DNA of 64,000 nt from Octopus bimaculoides (Eukaryota). Each line of letters opens with the position of its first letter. Position 1 is the first letter of the stretch. The notes beneath the pieces are model-generated. The model worked only from the letters and a program-made list of their open reading frames with translations, searched no databases and was not told where the DNA came from. Made by a program: the position numbers and the translations under genes. Shown piece after piece: positions 29,406-42,381 of the stretch. Where the stretch lies: positions 84,932,416 to 84,996,415 of the forward strand of contig NC_068990.1 in assembly GCF_001194135.2 (NCBI RefSeq), in the 5' to 3' direction.

Positions 29406-32400
29406 NNNNNNNNNNNNNNNNNNNNNNNNNNNNNNNNNNNNNNNNNATATCCCGCATTGCTTTTCTCTTACATACACAGACATATATACAGTAACACACA
29501 CACAAACACTTACAAACTAAAACTGTAGCAGACGATAACTGGAGAAAACATGTACGTCTGTATTTGTACACAAGGTGCGTTCAAAAAGTATCTGACTTTA
29601 TTTTTTCTCGCCAAAAATAGTGCCGCGTGGGCAAAATCCTTTGAGTGGATGTGGTGGCACCCTTCCTGCGGATGTTTAAAAATTTTCGCGCCAGTAGGCC
29701 GCCTCAGTTCTCGGCTGTTACACCTAGAATACAGACGTGTATTACGCGCCCATCGGATTTTCGTTTTCATGCAAGATGACCGAACGCATCTAGCAGAAAT
29801 ATTGTGTTAAGTTTTGCAAAAAGCTTGGTCACGTTCAAGCCCAGATCATCCAGAAGATTCAGCAGGCCTTTGGCAATGATGCGATGGACAAAATTCAGAT
29901 CAAAGAACGGTACATCCTCGCTTTCCACAGAGGTGCGGGCCATGTTTGAAGCGGATGTACCATGCCACACAGACAGGAGAATCTAGTCATGGCTGTCAGA
30001 TAATTCATACGACCACAATACCTCTAACATCTGGCCACATAACTCCCCAAACTGCAACCCCCTTGATTATTATGTGTAGGACGCAGTTGAGCGAGAGACC
30101 AACAAAACTCCTTGTAACACCAAAGATGAACTGAAGGTAAGGATTATGGCAGCATTCACCAACTTCAAAAAAGGAGACTGTCCAGAAGAGTTGCAGGAAA
30201 TTCTGAAGTTGTCTGGAGACCTCAGACCGTGATGACCCACTCAACCCATGCCAACATAGAAAGCGGAGTAAAACGAATATGATGATGTTGATAATAATGA
30301 TGATATGAGTGTGTAAAAATAAAAATAAACAAATAGGAAATAACTGAATATATACAAAAATACAGCGTAGTTTCCTGTAGCTGTTTATGTTTGGTGTTAA
30401 CGGCGTCATCATTATTTTATATAATTTAAAAGAACTTGCTAATAATTTACCATAAAAAGAATCAAATCCTCTGTTAGTTGGTAGATACTTCTGGGCGTAA
30501 TGGCCTTGATGCCATTTACCAATTAAATGTGTAGTATAACCATTCTCTTTCAGTTTCTCTGCCAACGTAGGACTATCTAATGGTAAACCAGTCGGTTCCA
30601 TGGGTTTGATGTTGGTATGTTGAAATCCCATGTGTATCTGGAAAAGCAAAATTAAAAATAAACAACAATTATTCCAAAATGAAGGATTAAAAGAGAATAA
30701 AAAATTGATTTGGTTTTAATTACTTGCACCATCATCATTAGCAATAGTCACATGACCATTAATGTCAACATGACCATTGTTGTCACCCGCATTATCATCA
30801 TCATGACCACCATCACCCGTACCATCATCAACTTCATCATCGCCATCATAATCATCTTTACGATCTTTCTCTTCATCGCTACTATCATCGTCTATACACT
30901 CTTCATCAGCACTGCTGCTGCTGCTGCTGCTGCTGCTACTACTACTACTGCTGCTGTCAAGACAACAACAACGACGGCAACCGATATCATCACCAAAACC
31001 ACTTCACTTCATCACTATCACTATTCTCCTCTTTCACATTATCTTCATCTCTAAGACAAATACCAGCACAATTATGATCATCACCACCAGCCCCCACAAT
31101 GGTCACAGCCATGTTTTCATCAGAACCTGCATCACCACCGTCATTTTTTTATTATAATCATCACCATCACCATCACCATTGCAGGGCTTTCTGGTTGTGA
31201 TGGTGGAAAAAGGACCGATGATAGATGTCTGAGTGTTAATGATCACGGTGGAGCCCGTAGGCCAAGCAATGATGTACCTACGGCCTCCATCATGGTTATA
31301 AACGATAGGACCTCCACTGTCGGTCCTTCCACCATCAAAATCCGAGAGCTCAGCAAAGTTTTGACCTATCTATACACATAAGTACATACATATGGAGTTA
31401 ATGGTTTGGGTACAAGCCCAGTCCCATTTCCAAATAAATCCCCTACACGCATACCAACGCTGCTCTCATATTAGTCCCTTAAACCACTCTCTTACACACA
31501 CACACCACGTTTTTGTTAACATAATTATCCCAGGTCTTTTTTGTGGGGTGAGGACAACTCTTGATGGATAGTTGTAAAGCATTAGCTATATAAGTACGTG
31601 TGTGTGTGTGCGTGAGTGAGTGAGTGAGTGAGTGAGTGAGTGATAGAGTGTTTCTGTGTGTAAATGTAAAATGAAACAGAAAAATGTATTGTAATTTGCT
31701 TGAAGCATTGTGATGTGTATAAGTGATATGTTTGAAAAACAAACTTTGAGCAATGCAGATGAGGAATTAAACAAAAGATGCAGAGTGATGTGAAGAAATG
31801 AATTGTATTAGCTTACATAAGCTGTTAAAATATTCTATAATATTTCGAGAAAGACTCCCCTTTTCAAATATAAGGAAGAAAGTAATCAAAGAGTTCTGGA
31901 AATGGATTGATACCGGTAGGCCATTATGGTGTCTTGCGCCATATTTCTCCGATCCCTTTATTTTGTTTCTTCTATTTGAAAAGGAGAATCTTTCTCAAAA
32001 TATTTAGGATAATTAAATAACTTAAGCAAGGTAATACAATATCCTTTCTCTTCGTTTTCATCTATTAATGTAACTTCACAAATTTTCTCACCTGCATTGC
32101 TCAGTTTTTCTTTTAAATATTTATATAATTTAAATATGGAAATGTATCTTCATGCAAATATCTCATGTTAAGAAACAGTGAGATAACTATTGGATTTTAA
32201 CATTCAGTTAATAATATATAATGAATAGTGGAGCGCCTTGTTATTTTCAGCAGAAGTAACAGTTTGTGCTTGTAAAATGAAATTTATTCAGAGATTTTAT
32301 TAACTATATTTCCGTTATGCAATAAAATAGCTCATTTGTCTGATATGCAAACATTACAACGATTAGTGATTTGGTTAAAGGTTTTTAAGCGATCTACACA

Positions 32401-32739
32401 CTTCCCATTTGGAGTCGAAATGTGTATGGTTATTTAAAGTACTGCCAAAAATATAAACTGTATTAAGGTTAGTGTTACACATAAATTAACGAGATTTTTT
32501 AAAATAAATCTGGCAGTTTGTTGGGTCATATTTCGAAGGATTATAAGACCATCATTATATTATAGCCCACCCTGTAAAAATACACATAAACGCATGCAGG
32601 CACACGCACACATGCATACTTACGTATGGGTTTATGTATATGCATTTATCTAGACACACGAGCATTTATATATATTGCACAAACAAGTATATACATATAA
32701 ACACAAACACACATATGCATATACATAAATATATATGTA

Positions 32740-32803
<64 letters not shown>

Positions 32804-35686
32804 GGGTGTGCGCTTGTGCATGTCATATATTTTCTTTTTCTGAAAAGTTCCAGATACTGAAGCGGGAGGGGTGGGCTATGATACAACACGAACGAACATA
32901 ATGAAAGATTTAGAAAAAAATCTCAGTAATCTATTAGTACACTAGCCTTAATATAGTTAATTTTCTCGGTTACATTAAACGTCTATGCTAGCCAATATAT
33001 TCTTATTGGAAACCAAATGAAATACTACAATATTTCTACAAAAATTCATTCCACCAGTCTGCTATTAAAAAAAAAAAAAAAAAATAAACATCCAAAATCA
33101 TTACCCTTCACTATCAAGTGTGACATATGTTGAAAATCTATTGAATAATGGGGAAAATTTCTGCAACAGCCTGTTTTCAGGGAGTTTTCGTAATTGCCGA
33201 GATATACGGGGTGCGGTGAATAAGTTGCCTAAATTACGCAAAAATGAAAATAACTCTGACATCTCATTTTAACAGATATAGTTACCAAAATTACATAAAA
33301 ATATCTCGAAATATCAAAGAGTAAATTTATTCAATAAAATCGCCATTGGCTTCAAACACGGTCTCGAGACGACTTCGGAATCTCCTGCAACTCTTCTGGA
33401 TAGTCTCCTTTTTTTTAAAGTTGGTGAATGCTGTCATAATCCTTGCCTTCAGTTCATCTTTGGTGTTGCAAGGAGTTTTGTTGGTCTCTCGCTCAACTGT
33501 GTCCTACCGTACCAGTGATTGTAGGATCTCTAGGAATGATAAAAAAAGGTACTGAAACCTATTTGAAAATGATACCAGGTTTACCATCCTTACAGGAAGT
33601 GCAAAAAATCGTGTTAACTGGAACGACTCATGTACTGAGAAGAGCATTATCGCTGTGAAAACAACATCCATTCATTAATTTTTATTTATTTATTAATTCC
33701 TTTTTTTAAATACCTGTGAACTTGCGTGTGTAAACTGGGAATGCATACAATGAGTTTCTCTACCCTAGGTCTACGGAAAACACTCGGCGAGAAATGGAAG
33801 AAAATTTGAAGAAAGAAGAAAAAACAACAACATAATGTTGATGATGATGATGATGATGGTGATGACGACGATGATGATGTGAGGAACATGTCTGAGCTTT
33901 TTATCCAATTTCCTTTTTAATGAATCAAAACCATTATTCTCCTTTTCGTCTTATATGATTCTATGGCGTAGTATCTTCTGCTATGGCTACCCAGGTGGAC
34001 CAACTCCAGTTAAGAAATGAAATAGGAAATGTAGCGGAACTTCCCAGATTAAATTACAAATATTTCACGCTTATTCGTCTTGTCATTTTGGTTTCTTTCC
34101 GTGGTTTTTATTTTTTGCTTTTATGTATTTATTTCTGCATTTATTTATCATTTATTTATAATTTAATCACTTGCCTTATGTACTATGTTTATTATTATTT
34201 TTAAAAATTTATTTAGTCGATTATATTCATTTTTTTCTATTTTTTTGTATTCATGTGTTTGTTTTTTTTTTATGTTTGTCTCCACTTCCGTTACCGCCGG
34301 GCTGTCATTTTACATTAACATCTGCACACACACACACACACACACACACACGTACATGCACGCACGCGTGTATATACACAAGCCATTCACATTAAAAATT
34401 AAAAAAATAAACGCACATAGATGCAGAATTATATATCTATACATAAAGTCACACAAGCACAGATACACACTTACAAATTCACATTTATGAATACACACGC
34501 ACACCATTTACATGCACAAACATAAACACGCAAACATGTTGAAACATATCAATGCATACATACACAATCCACATAAACACAGCCTCCCCCCACACACAAC
34601 CACATGCTATTCACAGTTGGCGTAGCTCTTAGGGGAACAACGGGAGAAACCGTTCTTTCTGAGCACATTTTTCAAAACTGGCGCCTTTTCAACGATTTTA
34701 AAAAAACTCATTTGTTCATAAAAGTCGATTTTTTTTTTATCTCTGTTAATCTCATGACTTTGGAAAAACTTTTTGGAGTCATTGCTTTATTTGACCCAGC
34801 TTCCGTTTTCTTTTTTTTTTAACTGTCTGCTCAATCTCCTGTGATGTGTCAGTGACTGTTGACATCTGAAAAACCAACACAAGCCCTGATGTCGTAACCT
34901 CTCAACATTATACGATCCCGTGGAGTTTCATCTTTGTTATGTTACACCTATGTCAGTAGTTGAAAGTTTCATACGAAATGATATTGTTACTGAAACCCGA
35001 ACTCAGGTGGAAAGGTCAGACTACCCTCTTTGTTGGACCCCCCCCCNNNNNNNNNNNNNNNNNNNNNNNNNNNNNNNNNNNNNNNNNNNNNNNNNNNNNN
35101 NNNNNNNNNNNNNNNNNNNNNNNNNNNNNNNNNNNNNNNNNNNNNNNNNNNNNNNNNNNNNNNNNNNNNNNNNNNNNNNNNNNNNNNNNNNNNNNNNNNN
35201 NNNNNNNNNNNNNNNNNNNNNNNNNNNNNNNNNNNNNNNNNNNNNNNNNNNNNNNNNNNNNNNNNNNNNNNNNNNNNNNNNNNNNNNNNNNNNNNNNNNN
35301 NNNNNNNNNNNNNNNNNNNNNNNNNNNNNNNNNNNNNNNNNNNNNNNNNNNNNNNNNNNNNNNNNNNNNNNNNNNNNNNNNNNNNNNNNNNNNNNNNNNN
35401 NNNNNNNNNNNNNNNNNNNNNNNNNNNNNNNNNNNNNNNNNNNNNNNNNNNNNNNNNNNNNNNNNNNNNNNNNNNNNNNNNNNNNNNNNNNNNNNNNNNN
35501 NNNNNNNNNNNNNNNNNNNNNNNNNNNNNNNNNNNNNNNNNNNNNNNNNNNNNNNNNNNNNNNNNNNNNNNNNNNNNNNNNNNNNNNNNNNNNNNNNNNN
35601 NNNNNNNNNNNNNNNNNNNNNNNNNNNNNNNNNNNNNNNNNNNNNNNNNNNNNNNNNNNNNNNNNNNNNNNNNNNNNNNNNNNNNN

Positions 35687-35746
<60 letters not shown>

Positions 35747-38700
35747 GTATGAATGAATTCAAGACAGGATAGCGTGAGTTTACAATGTACTGGAAGAAAA
35801 AATAGCATGTGTATATGTATGCGGAAATGGATATGTGTGTTTGCATGTATGCATGCATGTGTGTTGGAGGGTCACCGAGTACATTTCCGTACTTCTGAAT
35901 CAGCTCAAAGACATGAATAATAACGAGGTCAAAATTGGTGACAACTATGTGTGTGTGTGTGTGTGTGTGTATTTCTGTAACGTTTCTGTAACGCAAAATA
36001 TAGGTTTTAAATTTTGGCACAAGGCCAGCAATTTTGGGTGAGAGGGTAAGTCGATTACATCTACCCCAGCGCTCAACTGGTACCTACTTTATCGACTGTG
36101 AAAGGATAAAAGGTAATGTCGACCCTGGGCGGCATTTGAATTCAGAACGTAAAAATGGACGAAATGCCGCTTAGCATTCTCCTTGGCGTCCTAACGCTGC
36201 CTAAAACATTTCCTAAGCTTATGGCAAAAGAAGAAGAAAAGAAAAATAAAACCCCAAAAAACAAACGAAAACGATTGAAAAAATTTCTCTCTCACCTCTT
36301 TCAGTCTCACCTTCCTAATATATATATTCTACTTGTTTCAGTCATTTGACTGCGGCTATGCTGGAGCACCGTCTTTAGTCGAGCAAATCGACCTCAGAAC
36401 TTATTCTTTGTAAGCCTAGTACTTATTCTATCGGTCTCTTTTGCTGAACCGCTAAGTTACGGGGACGTAAATACACCAACATCAGTTGTCAAGCGATGAT
36501 TTGGGGGGGGGGGGGCAAACACAGATACATAAACACACACACCCAGAGTAAAGATTTTCCTGCACAGTTAAAGATTTTCCTAGCCTTTCGTACAGGACAC
36601 GTGCAAAAAGAAAACCTAATTGACAGTAACGTGAATGAAATAGAGTTTAATAATCTTTTCCACCAATCGAAGAAGGTACGCTGCACCACTTCAGTACATA
36701 AAGGTGTTTCACTCTTGACCATCCCATGGTATAAACATGTCTTTTACTAGCAAAGCCGGGTACATAGAATGTCTTCAGATATCATTACAATAAAAAAATT
36801 CATTGTATCCTCATTTCCTTTATTGTGTTAATGCGTGAATGCAATTGAAGTAATTTCTGCCTCAAAACCCCATTAATTCCTCCCAATAAGAAGCTACCCA
36901 TTCCAAGTCGCTCAGTACATTCGCAGAAAACAGCAGTTAAGTTACACCATTAATAATATCTTTTTTTCACTCGTATCATCATAATTATTAATTAAATTCT
37001 AAATATGGAATCTTTCAATTCCATTTTGAAGAATTTCGATTTCTTTCTTTTAAGCAGATAATTTCGTCTTTCAAGGCAACTCTTTTCTGTTTTATTAGTT
37101 TTTTGTTTTCATTCTCAAAACTGACTCTATTAACATCAACTTTTTTCTTTCGATTAAGTATTCTTCTTCAGTCGAGTCACTTCTAATTAATTCTTTCCAC
37201 TTCTATAAATATTTCCTTCAATGTTCAAAACAGTGACTTAGGAAAAAAAAAAAAAAATTTTAAAAAGCACCAATCTTTTCAGGTTCTTTTCTTTGAGACT
37301 GTTTTTAGACATAAAATATATCATAGAATAGCAGTGTTTCTAAATACGGTTCCACCCCATAACGAAAAATTTATATTGTGAAAAATTTTCTTTCTCTGAT
37401 CAAGAAAAAGTCACAGCAACGGGTGTACTCGGAAAAGGAAAAAAGGAGAGTTCTGACAAAAGAATGAAGATATAGAAATTTTGAAACATCATTTGGTAGA
37501 TTCGTAATTTCCGATGAAGGTTGCTGCTCCGATACCCTAATGTATATATATATATATATATATATGCTTTCAGTGCGAATGGTTTTGTTATACGGCGCCT
37601 TTTTTTACAATCCTGTAAATAATAATGGTATTTATATATACGCTCAAAGCTTATGGCGATCACCGTGCAATGACTAAGGAAAATAGTCTAATAAACAGCA
37701 CTATGCCTGAATTAATATTAAAATTATTTAAGCTGGCAGAATCGTTAGCACGCCGGGCGAAATGCTGAGAGGTATTTCGTCTGTCTTTACGTTCAAATTC
37801 CGCCGAGGTCGATTTTGCCTTTCGGGCTCGATAAATTAAGTACCAGTTGCGTACTTGGGTAGATCTAATCGACTGCCCCACCCCTCCCCCCAAATTTAGG
37901 GCCTTTTGCCTAGGGTAGAAAAGAATATTTGAATTATTTAAAAATTGTTTTTTTTTTAAAATATATATAAAAGAAGTTAGAAAGCTTTTAATCTATGAGG
38001 AGCAGTTTAGTTGTTTATATTTAGCTACTCATCTACTGAATAGCATTGATGCAGGCTTGTCAGCCTTCACGAGCTTTTTACGCATTCATGCATTTCATCG
38101 AAAACTCTCACATTTTAGAAATTCTCGGTCATAATTTAACGTGTTCCACCTTTCACTTTGTGAATTGCTGCCGGCAGCATTCCACGATCTCTGATTCAGG
38201 CTATTCTTTGGCTTGCCTTTCCAAATTCTGAATTTGAATCCCACTAATATTGACCTTGCTGTCAACTGTTTCTTCTCCACAAATTCAAGGCCGCATGTTT
38301 ATGTTAGAGACCATTGTTATATATTTATGTATTTCCGGGTACGAGGGTTGAGGTCGATAAAATAAGTACCAGAATCTGAGTGAACGCGTAGTGATCTGTG
38401 TCGGTAAAGATGATACAGTGAAGTCTGTGAGTTTGGATATTTTGTATGCTGTGACGAGAAGAAACCCAAGCTTTCCGGGCTGTCTCTCCCTTTTTATCCA
38501 GCCTTACATTTGGAAAGATATTTTCTCAAATTCAGACGAAGGAACAACTTCGAAATATCAAATTTCTCTTTCCCCAACGGCATACAAATTAATCAAAAGT
38601 CGCCATCTTTAAAATATCATTCAGATATCTACAGAGCCAATCTCATACAATGCAGTATCAAATCTCCTTTAGTAAATTCCACAAAATATTTTGCAATTAT

Positions 38701-39436
38701 ATAGTTCATCGTATTTTAAAAGAAAATGCAAACAAAATGAAATAACTATCAAAGACTATATACGAAATTTCGTTCACTTATAACAGCGACGGTAAAGGAT
38801 CATTTACAGTATAAATATTAAAGTATTTGTGTCATCTTCGTTGTTGACTTTATCAATATTTTCAAATCATTATAAAAGTATCTAGGGCGTAATGAAGGTG
38901 TGTGACCTAGTGGTTAGAAGTGTTCGACTCACGATCCTAAGATTGTGGGTTCAGTTCCTAGACTGGGCGTTAAATTGTGTCTTTAAACATGAATTTTTCA
39001 AGTTGTTATAGACCTATTTAACTAAAATTGAGTACCAACCCGGTGGTTTGTGCAGCCCTATCGCCTTCCAGCTGCCACATCCTAGATGTTCTGCTGTGTC
39101 AAGGGTTGAGAGGCCGAGAGTGTCTCTGCTCGCCATTACATCAGGTAAAATTTTAAATGGATAAGATTTTAAATATCGACCTGGACATAACCAACATTAG
39201 TCGGACTAGTTCTATTGAGGTTTAAAATCATATCTGTTTGAAATTTTGCCTGATGATGGTGGATTATATATTACGATGTAATCTTTTATGGCTGCGTTAA
39301 ATAAAATTCTACCGAGACAACTGTCGCAAATTTTAAACGTCATTTATGTTTAATGTTTATTCCTGTGCTACACCAAGTACCTACCCCTAAGTTGGATATA
39401 TAGTTGTAAGTTGGATTTGGTAGTTGCATATCTACG

Positions 39437-39475
<39 letters not shown>

Positions 39476-39666
39476 TACATACATATATTTATTATGTACA
39501 TATGCGCAGGAGTGGCTGTGTGGTAAGTAGCTTGCTTACCAACCACATGGTTCTGGGTTCAGTCCCACTGTGTGGCACCTTGGGCAAGTGTCTTCTACTA
39601 TAGCCTCGGGCCGACCAAAGCCTTGTGAGTGGATTTGGTAGACGGAAACTGAAAGAAGCCCGTCGT

Positions 39667-39728
<62 letters not shown>

Positions 39729-40330
39729 GTGTGTGTGTTTGTCCCCCTACCATCGCTTGACAACCGATGCTGGTGTGTTTACGTCCCCGTAACTTAGCGG
39801 TTCGGCAAAACAGACCGATAGAAGAAGTACTAGACTTACAAAGAATAAGTCCTGGGGTCGATTTGTTCGACTAAAGGCGGTGCTCCAGCATGGCAGCAGT
39901 CAAAATGACTGAAACAAGTGAAAGAGTAAAAGAGTATATGTATCTGCATATTGGCGTGTATCTGCTAACTCAAAACACAATCACTAACCTTCAAACCTCA
40001 AGTGATTAATTTGTCTTATGCCCTAAATATTTACCATCAACTATCAAGACATTTTCAACAACACATACATGAATAGCTCCCACCCCTCCACAACCTCACT
40101 AATTCTCCAGAATTTTCCAGATTCCTAAATGCAACATTTTTGCCCAAACACTGATGAAAACGAAGCAGATATTTAATTGCCAAAACCCTCGGGAAAGTGA
40201 AGGAAATGTAGAATTTTATGACAATACAATTTATAATGTGTATGCATGTAATTATATATGCATGTGTGTGTGTGTATATATAAATATATATACATATATA
40301 TATGAGAAAGGGAGAGGGAGAAAGATAGAT

Positions 40331-40399
<69 letters not shown>

Positions 40400-41825
40400 G
40401 AGGCGCGGGGGAGCGGAGGCAAAAAATGCATTGTGGCATTTTTATGTTTAGTGTTCAAATTACACCAAGGAAGTTTTGCGTTCGTTCTTCCAAGGTTCAA
40501 CAAGAGAAAAATATCAGCGCACATCAAGTATATGGGTCATTTTAATCGTCTACAATTCAGGAGCTGGATCCCCCAAAGCAGCCTGATATGTATTCAAATT
40601 CGATACACCTCGCATTAAGACATGTTTGTCCTTGGGCAATATCGGCGCAATGGAGAAAGAAGATCTGCTCAGACCTGTACCCAGGCGAGGACATTGCAGT
40701 CTCTACCAACACACACACACGCACGAATGTGTGTGTGCCTGTTTGTTTATATGTATTTATATATATATATATATAGATACCATTTAACAAGATACCATTT
40801 AGATACCATTTAACAATGCGCTGCCTTGTATTATAGTCAACCGTTCGTCATGCACGTTCGCCTCTGAAATGCAATAAAGTTGAGACTCTGCAATTCAAAC
40901 TTTCCAACAAAATAATGAAATTGGTGTGATATTGGCATGCATAATATTATGGGACATTTGAGCGAAAACCAACACAAGCGTTGGTTCTACTACAGTAAAT
41001 TTTGATTCGGTCGCATGGTAAGCCATTTAACGTAAATCTTTGATCAATTTTATGTTGTCTCATGCACTTTGCACCATGATCTCGAGAATAAGCCCCATGC
41101 ATGTGAATTTAATGCAGCAACTTTGCGAGTGCCATCCGGATATGACGGCATCATAGGTGCGCAGCAAATGTTTGTTAACGTAATTATTAACGTTTAAAAA
41201 CAAAAAAAAAAAAATGGAATTCGATATTTTATTGAAATAAAAAGCTAAATAATTCTGCTGAAGTCAGAAAGAAATTTAATTTTTGCATTGCTTAACCATT
41301 TTCACATGGAATTCACGATGTGTGTATGTATAAGTTAATCGTAACCTTGACACTTGGAAATATTAAGCTGTTCATTTTTTCTTTAAAACTCGTTAAATAA
41401 TAAATGAAAGTGTTGGATTACGCCGACTTTCTGATAAAATTAACGTCCAGCCGAGCTGTTAATATAAGCTGACCTATTTCACTCCCAGTTATTCTATTTA
41501 TTACAGTTGTGAACCATTTTATAAACTGTAATAATTGTTTAATATAATCTTTCTATTTATTTATTTATTTATTTATTTCCCTTCACTTTCCTAACATTTT
41601 CTTGCATCTGTTATAGTGTGGTTGTGTATGTATATACGTATCATAATCATATGACTGTATGTATCTGCGCATGTATAATTTTCATTGTGGCAATGGGGTT
41701 CTGTGTGCGCCTTTTCACACTCTGTGCGTATCAGTGCGAGTTCTGTTGTAGTCGTTCATTTAGCGGGAGTTAACTTTCGACTTCGTTACACCAAACCACC
41801 GAATATATATACATATATCAACGCG

Positions 41826-41869
<44 letters not shown>

Positions 41870-42226
41870 ACACACACACACAAACACAAACACACACACA
41901 CACACATATATATATATACATAAGAAGCATCCCATGAATTTCTTCGAAATGTAATTATTTTCCATGTATAAGAATTCTGTTGATTCATAAATGTTTTGAT
42001 TTATATAGCTCGAGTTATGTCATACTGATAATTTCTAAAAAGAATAAAATGGTGCTTTACATAAATAGCTAAGACTGGAAATTTTAAGACCTTCGTAATA
42101 TGAAAAGTAAATTAAATATGCATATTATATACATTTTCTTCCTTATTTCCTTATTTGAAATTCAAACTTCTAATCCCGCCAAATATTATACTAACTGTCT
42201 GGTAGGGGATTCCGTACACACACACA

Positions 42227-42288
<62 letters not shown>

Positions 42289-42344
42289 NNNNNNNNNNNN
42301 NNNNNNNNNNNNNNNNNNNNNNNNNNNNNNNNNNNNNNNNNNNN

Positions 42345-42381
<37 letters not shown>

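Noticed and set aside
30710-31054. 114-aa I/T/A-rich ORF
   Set aside because: It is a translation of (CAT)n/(GCT)n/(ACT)n microsatellites; the same applies to the HT/YI/CV-repeat ORFs throughout the window.
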